Below are positions 26,321 to 39,759 of a DNA stretch of 64,000 nucleotides, piece after piece. The number at the start of each line of letters is the position of its first letter. The stretch's first letter is position 1. The translations under genes were made by a program, and so were the position numbers. Source of the stretch: Vicugna vicugna. Taxonomy: Eukaryota. Where the stretch lies: assembly GCA_013265495.1 (NCBI GenBank), contig MU058824.1:434001-498000 (forward strand), written 5' to 3'. The notes under the pieces are model-generated. The model made no database searches. It worked only from the letters and a program-made list of their open reading frames with translations, and was not told the origin of the DNA.

Positions 26321-29300
26321 CAAGGAAAGGAAATAACCTCCCCTCTCTAGTGTGAAGCAGAGGAAAAGAAGGGTGCAGCATTTCTTTTGAGTTATTTGGG
26401 GATTGTCGTGTTAGTGACAGCAACAGCAGACGGCTGAGGATCCTGTCTCATTTTTGTTTTTAACTATGGCTAAAGAAACAAGATCAATTTCTAAGAGTGA
26501 GTGACTGGGCGATAATTGAGAAGGCAGGACTATGCTGGATTTAAAAAGGAAAAGTAGTTGTTCCCAGAAATCCACCTTAAAGATCCGTATCTCCCTAACA
26601 TCCCAGCATTGATTTGGATAAAAATTGAAACTCACATGGTCCCCTTAGCAAGTGTGTAAGCATTAACACTTGTGCCAGGCGGAAATGTCTTAGCTGGTTC
26701 CATGTCCTCTTCCTCTTACCTCGTCGGCTTGCTTCCAGAAGCTGCAAGCTCAAGCTAAAAGAACAAGCTTTTTAGAAGAGAGGGCAGCTGTTCTAGTAGT
26801 TGAACTCATGCTGCAAGAGCTTCCAGGCAGTGACTGTGCTTGGCATTAAAATGCTACCCTGCTCATGGGTCATTTACATGAAATCTGAGCAGTACATTTC
26901 TCTACATTTTTAGTGGATAAATCTTGGGTTGATTATTTACTTCTTCCCTTCACTGGAAACTTAACAGCCCTAATTATAAAGTCTCAAACTAGTGGAAGTC
27001 AATAGGATGCTGACTCAGGTTAGATTTACCAATCAGCAACCAAAGTATGCCCAACTTTGGCTTTTGTTCCTAGGAATGTTGTTACATATCACGGGACACC
27101 TGTGACAGATTCCATCTTGGCTATCTTAAGTTTCTTCCTCCAGTTCTGAAGTCAGATTTAAAACACTGTAGCACTTCTAATCTCATCTTGGTGTCTGTTT
27201 GTCAGAGTATGCAAACTAAGACAAATGGTCATATTCTTTATCACATGACCCAGTCCCCCTACCCTCCAACCATAGTTCATCATACCAAGAGATGGGCACT
27301 TGACCAAGAAAAGCTAATTTATCAGCCTGGTGCGAAAAAAGACACTGAGCCAATAAGACTGGGCAAAGAAACATGGGAAATGATCTTCTCTCATCCTGCA
27401 AGTGTTTAGTCCTGTGAGCAAGGAGGGAGATAAGTGATTATATTTGAAGCTCTCTGAAACAAATTACTTCTTTAATTTCTCCCTTAGGTGCCTGATTTCC
27501 CCTCCTAGGCACTGTTCCCGCTAATATTTTTTTAATTGTAAGGTGGCACATGCTGTGTGAGCTACAGACAGCCTCTGTGAATAGATGTTAGTGTTAAAAA
27601 TCAAATAAAACATGTGGCAAAGTGAATCTGACACATTTAATAGTGTGCGTAATTGTTATTGTGCTGCATGGTAATTAAGGCTTAAATGATAAGCAGTTTC
27701 CATAAATTACTGTAATTACTATTACTTTTACTTAGTAACTCAGCATTTCTGGGGTCAACTAGAAGAAGTGTGGTGGTAAGGAGAGAGAAGGCAGATTTAT
27801 GATGCACAGACTCCTCCCATGCTAGAGGCAGGCACTGGTGGGGAGGTGCTACCAGTGTTCTATTCGTCTCTTCATTTCGGAGAAACTGAGGTTTAGGGAG
27901 GAAACATAACCAGCAAGGCCACACACTAATCAGTGGCAGGACTAGGATTCATGTCAGAGTACGTAAAACCCCCAAATCCCAAGCTTATAACACTTGATAC
28001 CAAAGCAGTTACATTTTCAGTATATATAAAAGCAACGTAAATGTGAATAATGTTTGAAGAGACAGTATTTACTAATACCCGAAACTGAATCACAGATCTA
28101 TGAATCCTTAGATTTTTTTTCTGTAGTTCAACCAGATTTGTTTCTTACCAAAACTAAAAGAATAGATTTTATATGGAGATAGGAATGGGGGAGAATTTTG
28201 AAAGTCTAAGAGCACTTAAGGACAGGTCTAGGAAATGTTCTCCAGCTCCTAGAGGAATGACGAATGGTGGGATCTGGTATAAGACTGTTGAAGGACTTTC
28301 TAGAGAAAATTGTGAGCAGCAAATACCCTACCATCTGTTCCTTTACTTAAGGGTTCTTATATAAACTGCTGTTAGAGCCCCAGTGACGAGGGCGGAGGGA
28401 ACAGCAGGACAGACTTCAGGTCACTCCTAGGAAAATTAACAGGCTGCTCTAATGCTATTGAGTTCCCCAGCTTTGGGCTCTAGGTCATTTATCCCAAATG
28501 ACTAAATCACTGAAAAGTATGACCATAATTCCTTCAACAACTCATCCTGAGAAAGTTGGGTGCAGGTGATTGGCTGTGTTAGCAGCAGGGTGGGCGTGGT
28601 TGTGGTGAGGAGATGAGAGGCAGGATGAAACTAAAACGATACCGATACTGGGTAGGGTTAGGTATCTCACTAATTAAGCAATTTGGTCATCTGCTGTGAT
28701 GAATTAGCCTGTCTCCTTGACTGTCAGGGGAACAAACCAGGAATTGGATGAAATGATAGAAAACTTGGAGGGACAGGTAAAAGAAAATTTTTAAATTAGG
28801 TCACCATTAAGTTCCTTTTTAACTCTGAGAATCTAGTTTTGTTCCTCATTACCTAGGGGGTTCTTTTTTACCCAAATGAGGCTTTTCTTAAGTGGAAAAA
28901 CGATGCCAAGAAATCATCTTAAAAGGCAAATTTTATTTAGTTAGTTTTTATTATTATCTCTTGCTATACTAACTGCTTTGTGACAGCTTAGTAGATGTTC
29001 AATAAATGCTTTATTTTGCTTTTAGTTTAATCTGTTTATTATAAGTTTAAGAGTTTGATCACTTTGAATGTGTATGTGTGGATTATATCCTAATATTTAT
29101 CGACTACTCCTTTGCCCTATTCCCCACCTCTCCTATTCATCTCTGTAGTTTTGATTCTCTGAATGTGCCTATTCCTTCAGCCACTGGGCAATATATACAG
29201 TGGTCTGGGTCCCTAAACACCATTTTTATTTTCATATAATGTTCATACCATACAACTGATATTGATTATGTAATTACAAGTACTTTCTATTTTACAAATC

Positions 29301-29349
29301 ATTCCAGTGCATTTTACCTTATTTGGTCCTGCCAGCAAAATAGACATCA

Positions 29350-29820
29350 AGCACTGACAGAGCCAGGCACAGTACCAGCCCTACTTTATACTTTATATGT
29401 GTTTTTCAGTTAACCTGTAACAAACTTAAAAGATAGGTATTATTTCCACTTGTACAATGAAGAAGTTAAGCTCTGAGAGATTTTGTAACTTTACCAAAAT
29501 GGAGTCACTGAGGAGGCAACACAGCATAGTGGTTAGGTGCAGACTCTAGATCCAGACTGCTTAGATTCAAATTCCGTTTTCTTACCTACTAGTTATATCA
29601 CCCTGGGTAATTTCTTACCACCTCTAGGTCTCTGTTTCCTCAGCTGTAAAATAGGAATAAAAATAGTGGCTGCTTAATAGGATTGTTAGCATTAAATGAA
29701 TGTGTTTATCTGTGGTTCTGAGAACAGTGTCTGATGCATGGCCAGTGCTATTAGAAGGCTAGCCGTGATTATTATAGGCAATAATATATTCAGACTCAAA
29801 TCCAAGTCTGTTAGACTATA
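29350..29820. mobile_element. Nested/adjacent MIR SINEs
   Basis: acagcatagtggttagg...tctgtttcctcagctgtaaaatagg within an opposite-orientation MIR. Confidence 0.65.
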
Positions 29821-29989
29821 AATACAATACAATTAAGTTAAATAAAGCAGTTCTCATTTTACATATCAGCAAGCTGATGTTCAAAGAAGTTAAGTAACTT
29901 AAATGGCAGGATACAGTGTTTTTACACTGTAATACATTAAACCAGTTCAAGCTGCATCATTGTATAAGTTGAATTTAAGAGTAGTAAAT

Positions 29990-30318
29990 AATATTAGGAA
30001 ATTGAATCCAGTAACATTTGAAAACAGAATAATATATCACAATGAAGTGGGTTTTATCCCAAGTGTGCAGGACTGGTTCAGCCTTCAAAAAACAAGTGTA
30101 ATTTGGCATTTAGCGATCACATCAACACATGCAGAAGCATTTGACAAAATTCAGTATCCATCATGACAAAAATGCTTAACAGACTAGGAATATATGGAAA
30201 ATTCCTCAATCTGATAAAAGAAATTTACAAAAAACCTACAGCTAATGTCATACTTAATGGTGAAAGACTGAGTACTTTTCACTTAAGATCAGGAACCAGG
30301 CAAAGGTGTGCACTCTCT
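29990..30318 (+). mobile_element. L1 ORF2 reverse-transcriptase fragment (frameshifted)
   Basis: ORF-track peptides IIYHNEVGFIP..W F, AFDKIQYP and KKPTANVILNGERL..F.LRSGTRQ match L1 ORF2 RT. Confidence 0.9.
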
Positions 30319-30879
30319 TCACATATATGTGTTTGTGTATGTGTGTATTAAGCATATCATTTGTTCTTTATTTCTGATTATAAAATTTTTTATCTTCCTT
30401 GTGGATAATTCTGAAAGTTTATAAAATGCCAAAGAATTTAAAATCACCCATAAATCCACAAAAGAGATCTAGACATCTGTCTGTGTTATAAAATTAGAGC
30501 CATGCTATTTTATGAATTTTCTTTTTAACTTGTCCACACATTGTAAACATCTTCCCGTGTCATTAATGTTTCTCCATTATTTCTAATAGCTGTATAGTTT
30601 GCCTTTCACTAGATTGTTTCATGATTTGTTTAAATAACCCCTGTTGTTTGAATCCAGGTTTTTCCCATGAAAAAAAACTCTGCTGCTAATGGGACTTTAC
30701 CAAACGTATCCTCATTAACCATTCTTACAGTTTTTGGTGCTGTGGAATACTCTGCTGTCTACTTGAGTTCTATGGCACTGTCATCATGATTTTCTTTTCT
30801 TTCTTTCCTTTTTTTTTTTTGGCTCTTTCATTGTCTTTTACTGATTGTGCTTCTTTGACTCCTTGTAGTAATAATCATA

Positions 30880-31050
30880 GTGCTGTGCTGCCCAATATTA
30901 TAGTTACTAGCCCTATATGAATACTAAAGTTAAAAATAAAATGATATAAAATTTAAAAGTCAGTTTCTCAGACACAAAGCCTATTTCAGGTACTCAATGG
31001 CCACATGTGCGTAGTGGCTCCTGTATTTGACAGCACAGATATACAACACT
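30880..31050. mobile_element. MER3/MER33-like hAT-Charlie MITE
   Basis: gtgctgcccaata...tcaatggccacatgtgcgtagtggctcctgtatttgacagcac. Confidence 0.65.
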
Positions 31051-31215
31051 TTAGGTAGTATGGAAATGTTAACAATATTAATTCTTCTAGTTCATGAACA
31101 TAGAATATCTATCCATTTGTTTGTGTCTCCTTTCATCAATGTTTCATAGTTTTCAGTGTACAGATCTTTCACCTCCTTGGCTAAATTTCTTCCTAAGTAT
31201 TTTCTTGTTTTTGAC

Positions 31216-32480
31216 GAAGATGTCCACTCTCATTAGTTCTGTTTAATGTCATACAAATGTCCTAGCAAGTCAATACGACATGAAAATAAATAAAAGGTGT
31301 TTAGCCTGGAAAAAAAGCTATCTTTCTTTGTAGATGACATGATTGTATATGTAAAAACTCCTAGTGAATTTACAAAACAGCTCCTAGAACTGATAAGTGA
31401 TTTTAGCAGGATACATGGTCAACTTTTTAAAAATCACTTTTATTTCTATACACTGAGAACAGTTGGAAATCATTAAACATTTGGAGTACCATTTATAACA
31501 GCTCCAAAGGAAAACATTTTAAAAAAGACTAGGTATAAATATAACACAATATGTACAAGATGTATATGCTGAGAACTGTAAAATGCTGATGAAAGAAATC
31601 AAAGACGACCAAAATAAATGAAGAAACATCTATTGGAAGACTCGATTCTGTTAAGATATCAGTTCTCCCGAAATTGATCTATAGATTTAATGCAATCTCA
31701 GTCAAAATCACAGCTAGATTTACTGCTGAGTAAATGAGACCATACAAGCTCATTCTAAAACTTACATGGAAAGGTAAAACTAGAGTAACAAAAATAATAT
31801 TGAAAAAGGAACAAAATTGGAAGACTCATACTACCCAATTTTAAGACACTATAAAGCTAAAATAATTAAGACAGTGCATTATCAGTGAAAAAGTAGGTAC
31901 ATAGAGCTGTGAGACAGAATAGGGAATCGAGAAATAGACATGAAATATAGTAATTGATTTTTTTTTTAAGGTGCAAAGACAGTTCAGTGGAGGATAATCT
32001 TTTCAACAAATGGTACTGGACCACCTGACTATCCTGATACCAAAAAAGGAAATTCTTCCTATAAAAAATTAACTCAGAATTGATTTTAGACGTAAATGTG
32101 AAAGGTAAATTCTTACAAGTGAATATAGGAGAAACTCTTCATAAGCTGGGGTTAGCCAAAGAGTTCTTAGAACACTATCTGTAAAAGAAAAAAATTGATA
32201 AATTGGCCTTCATCAAGTTAAAAAACTTTTGCTCTGCAAAAGATACTGCTAGAATATAAAGAAGATATACAAATGACATATAAACATGAGAAAAGGTGCT
32301 CAACATCATTATTCATTAGAGAAATGAAAATTAAAACCAGAATGAGATCCCATTATACATCTTTTAGAATGGCTGAATTAAAATACTGATAATACCAGAT
32401 GTTCATGACATGGAGCAACTGGAACTCTCATGCATTGCTGGTGAGGTTGCAAAATGATACAGCCACTCTGGAAAAAGGGT
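31216..32480 (+). mobile_element. L1 ORF2 3' half, degenerate; a short antisense L1 piece lies at 31051-31215
   Basis: ttgtagatgacatgattgtatat (xDDM motif), ctcctagaactgataagtga, ttttcaacaaatggtactgga, gctcaacatcattattcattagagaaatg. Confidence 0.85.
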
Positions 32481-33739
32481 ACCTAAAGTGTGAAAATATA
32501 ATTGAATTTATTACAGCAAGGGTCCATTTGCTTTCCTTTTTAGCAGATAACCATGTTATCTGTTTTCTGGATAATATATTGTTGATTCACTGATTGTTAC
32601 CTAATAATGATGGATAGTTTCTAGACAAAAGCTAGGTAAGAGCTCTTTTGTAATCTGTTTTTCTACCACATCAGTTCAGATTCATCCTATCTCCTCTTTG
32701 CCATTTTGCTCGCAATTCTCTCTGTGTGTTGACAAGGAGGGAGAAAATCTGTTTTGAGTGTTCTTTATGAATCTGTTACATTTAAAATTTAATTATAAAT
32801 TATTTCTTAACTAGCAGAAGTAATTCATACTGTATTGGTTGCAATCACTTTTGAACCTTATAAAATAAACTAGCAAGGGCTTTATTTTAAACATAGATCA
32901 TTTGCAATTCTTTGAATTGAATGGATATATTTTAGCACTTTGCAGTGGATGATGTCAGATTAAATTTAAATTGATATCCTCTCAATGTTTATCTCTGATG
33001 CAAGTGCAGTTTCCTCTGTACCAGAGAACCTTTCAGAGGCATTCTATCAATACAGCTACCTGACAGTCATTTGTATTTATAAACTGTGCATTTGGCACCT
33101 GCTGGCCTCTACTGCATTGGAGCTAGTGGGGAGCCAAAATGGGTGTACAATGAAGTTATTGGCTGTTACATCACAGTGGGAGTTATTGAAGAGAAGAAAC
33201 AGCATTTGCAGGACCTCAGGAGAGGATAAAAGGAAACTGGTAATATTAACACAGCGAGCTCTGCTAGCAGAAAAGCAGTGATTTAAAAAGTCAGTTCTAT
33301 TGAAGGAATTAAAATGTTTGTAGATCTGTATTTTAATTCTTGTAACAGATATGAAAAACAGAGGGTTTCTATTTTAAAATATAATGAATTTTAAAAATAC
33401 CATGATCTAGGTAGAGGATAATTCATATGAGCAGAAATATAAAACAACAATGGAAAAATGCTTAATTTCTGAAGAAATGGAAATTCAAATGCAGGTGTCA
33501 TTTACTTATCAAATTAGCAAATCAAATGTTGATTATAAAAAAGATAAATGTATTGGCAAGACTTCAGAGAACAAATAAGTAGACAAGTATCAGTAAATAT
33601 TGATATTTGATATCTATAATTTGCCCACACTTTGTTAAAATTTCTTATTCTTTAAGTCATCACTCCTGCTTTATCAGATACAACAAAAGGAAATAATTAT
33701 GAAGAAAAAAGGCTGATGTATAAATCTGCTTAGCTTTGT

Positions 33740-34110
33740 AATGGTCTGTTTTGCTACAGTGCATGTTTCTGTACTGCAAATTTGCTCACACCATGATTGG
33801 TAATTAGGGGAATGATGTCAAGTATGAAGTGAGTTGTGTTGGTTCTTGTTATTTTTCTCAGTAATTTGAACCCACCAAAGAAAGATTTTTCATCATAAAC
33901 GACAATCCTTAGTGGTATATAAAGAACTTACTTTAAAAAAAAAAAAGAGCCATTTTCATAGCCTTGAGAAGTGTTTTGCTTTTCACAATGTTAAGCTAGC
34001 CATTGAAACGGCCTGTGTGCTTGAAGAAGTTGTGAAGACATTTCCCCCTCTGGTTAAGAAAAACATGAAAAAGCTACACCCTGGTTTAGACAGTTTTGAT
34101 AAAACTGGTT
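33740..34110. mobile_element. Possible old Tigger-family DNA transposon fragment
   Basis: TIR-like gtctgttttgctacagtgc...gcaaatttgctc; weak similarity only. Confidence 0.3.
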
Positions 34111-34601
34111 CTGCTGGCAGTGAATGCCCTCAAAGACCTGCATCTCAAAAGAGGACTGCTAAGCTCCAGGTTAAGGTTACATAGGATCATATGGCTGACA
34201 CAGGGTTCAGATGCTGGTGGAGGCTGAAGGGTGCTAATATTTTTGTTATAGGCTCTTAGGAGTACTCTGGTTACAAAGCTACATAGTCTTAAGTGGTTAG
34301 CCCTTAACACTATTTTTCCTTTGAGCCCCTATTATTTTTAGTGTAATTTTGCAGAACGTAAGTTTTTTTTTCAGTTATATATATTAAGGAAAATATATAA
34401 CTGCCCAACAATAAAGGAATAAGTGTAGATAGATTCTAATGTATCTGTTACAGTAAGCATGTAAAATTTTCTATAGAATAAATGTAAGAATTAGAACACA
34501 AAATTGAATATCTAGATATCATGATTACAACTGTAAAAATGTTTGACATGTACTTGACCTGTTAATAGTTACGGTAGGGTGGTGGGGTTGTAGGTAAAAA
34601 A

Positions 34602-34824
34602 TTTTTTTAACATTTTTTATTGATTTATAATAATTTTACAATGTTGTGTCAAATTCCAGTGTAGAGCACAATTTTTCAGTTATACATGAACATATATATA
34701 TTCATTGTCACATTTTTTTCGAGCTACCATAAGATCTTGTATATATTTCCATGTGCTATACAGTATAATCTTGTTTATCTATTCTACATTTTGAAATCCC
34801 AGTCTATCCCTTCCCAACCCCCAC
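34602..34824 (-). mobile_element. Young camelid-type L1 3'-end insertion
   Basis: cattttttattgatttataa...gtgtcaaattccagtgtagagcac...gagctaccataagatcttgt; flanked by near-identical taaaa(aa)ttttttt repeats (34595, 34825). Confidence 0.8.
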
Positions 34825-34925
34825 TAAAATTTTTTTTAATTGTTTTTAATGTTGTGAAGTAGATAAAATAGAAATAAGTCCAATTTAATAGTTTAGGCTA
34901 AAATTTAATTTTACTTTGGTTCTAG

Positions 34926-35028
34926 AATTCCTGGAAAACTCAAACAGTTTGTATTTGACTTACATTCTGGAAAACTGCACAGAGAATTCCATCACGGTCC
35001 TGACCCAACTGATACAGCCCCAGGACAG
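34926..35028 (+). CDS. ERP44: ERP44 coding exon 11 (His cluster)
   Basis: ggttctag|A...GGACAG|gtagga; 103 nt; IPGKLKQFVFDLHSGKLHREFHHGPDPTDTAPGQ. Confidence 0.97.
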
Positions 35029-36983
35029 GTAGGACTCTTGTTTGTTTTTCAGTATGAACTCTTTTTTTTTTTCTTTTTCAGTTAATCTTGAAGAGGACCT
35101 AAAGCTCTTACATAGCCTTAAGTTTCTGTTCCTGAGTGCCTTTGTATAGAAATTCTGAGCAGACTCTAGATAATATACAAATATGTTCCTTTAAAAATTT
35201 TAAACCTTCAGAAAAGTTGCAAGAATTAGTTTCTTGATCATATAAATTAAGGTGGTCTGGGTATGTCCTTTGTGGAATATGGCTATAAAAGGGTTAAATA
35301 CAGTTGGCTTCATATAGAAGTCAGAGGTAGAAATTAGAAGCAGGTAGATTAGTGAAGATATCAATGGATTCTTTGTATTGTTCAAGCCTTCCTCTGTGGC
35401 TGGGACACTCGCCGCACTATAAAGAAAATAATGATCTGGTATGATTGCTGACCCATCCAAAGAGCCCTCATTGCTACAGTGTTCATAATGCTCCAAAGTT
35501 ATGGTTTAATGCAGCTTTTCCATTTGAGATTTAGAATGTTTGACAACTATTTATCAACAAAATTTTATATTTTCTTGATATTTTTTAACCTGGGAATTAT
35601 TTATGACTTTTAACTTCTGTTATAAGTAAACTTGTTAGAAGTTACGTTGTAACTTCTGTACAAGTTCCTGCTTTGTTAAACACCCCTAAATTTGCATCTT
35701 GATGCATTATTGATTTATATCATGTATATTAATTACCATTATACTGAGGGAAGATGATACATACCAAAACTCTTATTTCATATGCCCAGAACTTCAATCC
35801 ACTGTTTTGGCCAAAGAACCACCCCATATTAAATAAAAATAAGAACTAAGTGACTTTTTCTTTACTTTAAAAGTCAAATTAAGTTCAGAGTTAAGCGTTC
35901 CCTTTAGCTATCTAATGACGTGCTTCTTCCTTGAAATCTGAGGTCAGATTTTTCCTTGATAATTAAGCAGTGGTAGAAGCAGGAAACCTTTGCTGGCAGT
36001 AACCCAAAGTAGGCCTGCTTAGTACTTTATTAGATTAAGAAAAGCTGTAGCTTTCCATTATTGTATTATCCTGATTTGTTTTTGCTTCTCCTTTAGACAC
36101 TGAACTGCTTGTATTTATTCATCTTTGCATACTAGTACATAGTAGGCAAATACATGTTCATTTCATAGTAACATTTCATAGTAATACATGTTTTGTTTAA
36201 TTAAGCTGAAATTATATCTCAGCAAAAAATAAAAATGTACTGGGGAAAGAGACCAAAAAGGGAAATTTCTAGACACTTTGCCTCCCAGTATAATGGGAAT
36301 GTACTATGATATATGTACATCATGTACTGTGTGTACTATGTGCCTGTGTGAACTATAGGAAATGTTAAAACAATGGTGAATAAACATGTTTGCTCTTGGG
36401 GAGCTCATGGTATGAAGGATAGACTACATTGTCTTTTCTGTGAAATTCTTAGAAGTCACTCTTATAGTTCCTCTCTATATTTTTATTTACTATTGGTGCA
36501 TAAGTAAAATACTACAGAAACTAATTTCTTGCAGTACTGAAGTGTTTGTTTTCCTCCTTACATCAACTAAGTTTCGATAACTGCAGGCATCCAGATCTCT
36601 ATTTACAGAGTAGGTGTCTTTAATTCTCTTAGCAATCATTTGTAAGCATTTAGGCCAATTTAGGGTTATGCTGTCTCTACAGAATAGTCTAGGAAAGCAC
36701 CCAGGTATCGGGTATTTTGTTTCCTTCCCTCACACCCCAGGAACTGGCATCAAGTCCATAGTTAATGGCTCTGTGGCAGCCCTGCCCTGGAGAGTCTGAG
36801 TTAAGGGCATTTGAAATGGGGAAAGCAAGATTTCACACTTAACTCTGGTCCTTGACACATAGTAGCTTTTGATTATTAAGCAAATAATTATAGGGCAATT
36901 ACCGTTCATCTAATATTCTTACTAAAATATTGTAACTCCATAAAATATATTGATATAAAACTGTTTCGTTCCTTCTCTTGTAG

Positions 36984-37085
36984 GAAGTCCAAGATGTAGC
37001 AAGCAGTCCACCTGAGAGCTCCTTCCAGAAACTAGCACCCAGCGGACATAGGTACACTTTATTGAGGGATCGAGATGAGCTTTAA
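36984..37085 (+). CDS. ERP44: ERP44 last coding exon 12, C-tail with RDEL retrieval signal and TAA stop
   Basis: ttctcttgtag|GAA...GAG CTT TAA; 102 nt; EVQDVASSPPESSFQKLAPSGHRYTLLRDRDEL*. Confidence 0.97.
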   Translation, partial: EVQDVASSPPESSFQKLAPSGHRYTLLRDRDEL

Positions 37086-39759
37086 AAACTTGAAAAACAA
37101 TTTGCAAGCCTTTCAAACAGCAGCATCAACTTACGTGGTGGAAATAGTAAACCTATATTTTCATAATTCTATGTGTATTTTTATTTTGAATAAACTGAAA
37201 GACGTTTTGGGTTTTTAATTTTTTTCTCCCCGACTCAAAATGCATTGTCATTTAATACAGCCTCTTTAAAAAGAAAATCTGCTAGGGTTAAAAAAAAATA
37301 AAAATCAAAGGCCTATCTTTGCTTTAAATCTGTCCTGTAAAATTTTAATAAATCAAGTGAAAGGTGACATTGCCAGAAGTAGACCATTAACTTGCACTAC
37401 TAGACTAGGGAGGGCTTAGGGATGTTTCCTGTTGTAGTATGTGCTTTTCTTTCTTTTCTTTACATATGATCAATTCTGTTGGTGTTTTCATTATCACATT
37501 TCTTAAAGCTAAGGGGGTATATATTCTGAATACTTGGGAGGGAATAAATTAAAATTGTCACACTGTGTACCGTGTTTTACTGATTGGTTGGATACTGCTT
37601 ATCAAAAATCCCATAGTGGTAATTTTTGGACTCTTAATGTATAACTTAAACATAGTATGAAGAGGAGGAGAGCCAGAAGCCAGAACATTTGGCAGGAATT
37701 GTCCTTATGAATTAAGAAAAAGAAAATGAGAAGTGTTATTAAATTTCTGTTTGTCTAACAAAGTGGCATATGGACGGCATTCAAAACTTTGAATTATACC
37801 TAAATCTAGGAGAGGGATACTAGGGGACTAGGTTACCAATATTGAACTAGATGACTTTTAAGGCTCCTCCTATCATGACACAAATTTCCAAAGAGAAAAA
37901 CCAGCAGAAAAAATGTATTTCAATTAATTCTAACTTTCTTCTATCTTATAGTCTTGTTATAGTTGTATAGGTCAAAAACAAAGACAATAAGGCACGTATT
38001 TTTTTTTTCCATTGTAAAATTGTTAGAGGACGCTGCCCACCTCTAGATTCCCTGATTTCCTAGGCCTGCAGTGTACAGTCAAATGGGTCCACGTGCCAGG
38101 CCTCAGCACTACCAGGGAACAAAACCAGAGGGAGAGGACCCTCCGTGTCATATCAGGAAGCCCAATGCCAGAGGACAGGTTCCAGTTGGCTTTCCTCTGA
38201 GCCTGGGTTGGTGCTATAGGCCAAGAGTCATTTTATACTTGGAGTCTAAGTCAATCCCAGTTTGGGGAAAGATTATTTTTAAGCTTAAAAGGCTGACGTG
38301 TGCCATTATATGTAGTATGTAATATATGTAACATCTTCCAATTCTTTTAAAATAAATATTTATAATAGATATTTAATGATTGTTATTTTTTAAAAACAGC
38401 CTAAAATTCTTAGTTATGCATGACTTACCCATCATTTTATTCAGAATAATAAATGTTAATAAGGTAGTAAGGGGCATGTTTAGTATATTTTACCAGACTG
38501 TTAAATAGAAAAGCAGGACAGAGATTCCTAAAGGTTGGGCCTTAAATCTGTTCTCTTCATTGCTTTTAATCAGTAACTTTAATATCAGAGTTTAATCAAT
38601 AACTTCAGGTCAGAGGATGGACCAAATCTGAGGTGGTCAGAATAAAAATCTACAGATGTTAAGCTAGCACACAAAACCAAAAGCAGCACATGCAATTGAC
38701 TGGGATAAATTTGTAATCCTATATTTGGCTTTAAAAAAAATAAACAAAAGATAACATTTAAGAATTGGGTTGCAGATAATTGGTTTGAGAGTAGTTATTA
38801 TAAAGGTCTCAAGGAGTACATGTTCACTGTGATCTGAAATAACTGAGTGGCTGTTTAAAGAGTGAGTGGATCTGAGGCTTTATTTTAGCATTCATACATA
38901 TAGGGGCTTAGGCTTTAGCCCTGCCACCGCCACTGTCTCCTCTAGAGTGTCAAGCCACTGAGGGCAGTGACATTGGATTTTATGCCTGTATCTCCAGTGT
39001 CCAGCATTTCTGGACACTTAGTAGTCATCATCACATGTGTATCGAATGAGTGAGCTATGCTCTATGACCTTGGGTAATTTTGCACCCCTGAAGGGCTCAG
39101 CAATCATCAGGACTTGGTGCCCAATTTTATAAAAAGTCATTAACAAGCTCAAGTGTGAAACAGCAAAATGCATTAGAGAAAATAGGTTCTTGCCAGAGGG
39201 CCAGTGCAGGGTGGGGATGGGAGGAGGCCTGAGGCTAGGAAAATGAGAAGGTTGGAGCTGACTGTGCCAAGCCTTGTATGCCAAGCTAAGGAAGCGGTTT
39301 GTACTGTATCTTAGAGCCAATAGAGATCCATCAACAAATTCAAGCAGGGAAGTATGTTCATATTTAAGTTTGAGAAAGAACACTCGCAGCAGGTGTAGAT
39401 ATGATTAAATGAGTCCAGGAGAGGAGAGGTAATAGCCAGAGCTAAGAGAGTGACAGCAGAGACGGAGAGAAACAGATACAAGAGATTCCGTAGGGATCTG
39501 TCACTCACAGTTTAGACTTCTTCCCCTCTGAACCACGAATCAAAGAATGTTACAGGTGGAAGTCTTCTCATTTTATCCAGTCTACTCCAGGCCTCAGGCT
39601 CCTCAACTGTGAAGAGAGGGTATACTAGACTAGACTCAAGAACAATCAGGTTCTTGCAAAACCAAAATTAGAAACAGGCCCTACTGCTTGTCAGCTCACT
39701 ACCTTTTCCAGTTTTTCAAAAATTGTTACAGTATTGAGGGGGACCATAAAAGGGTGAAA

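Noticed and set aside
29960..32480. Reverse-transcriptase ORFs as an active or domesticated RT
   Set aside because: Frameshifted, stop-ridden and interrupted by other elements: an ordinary dead L1.
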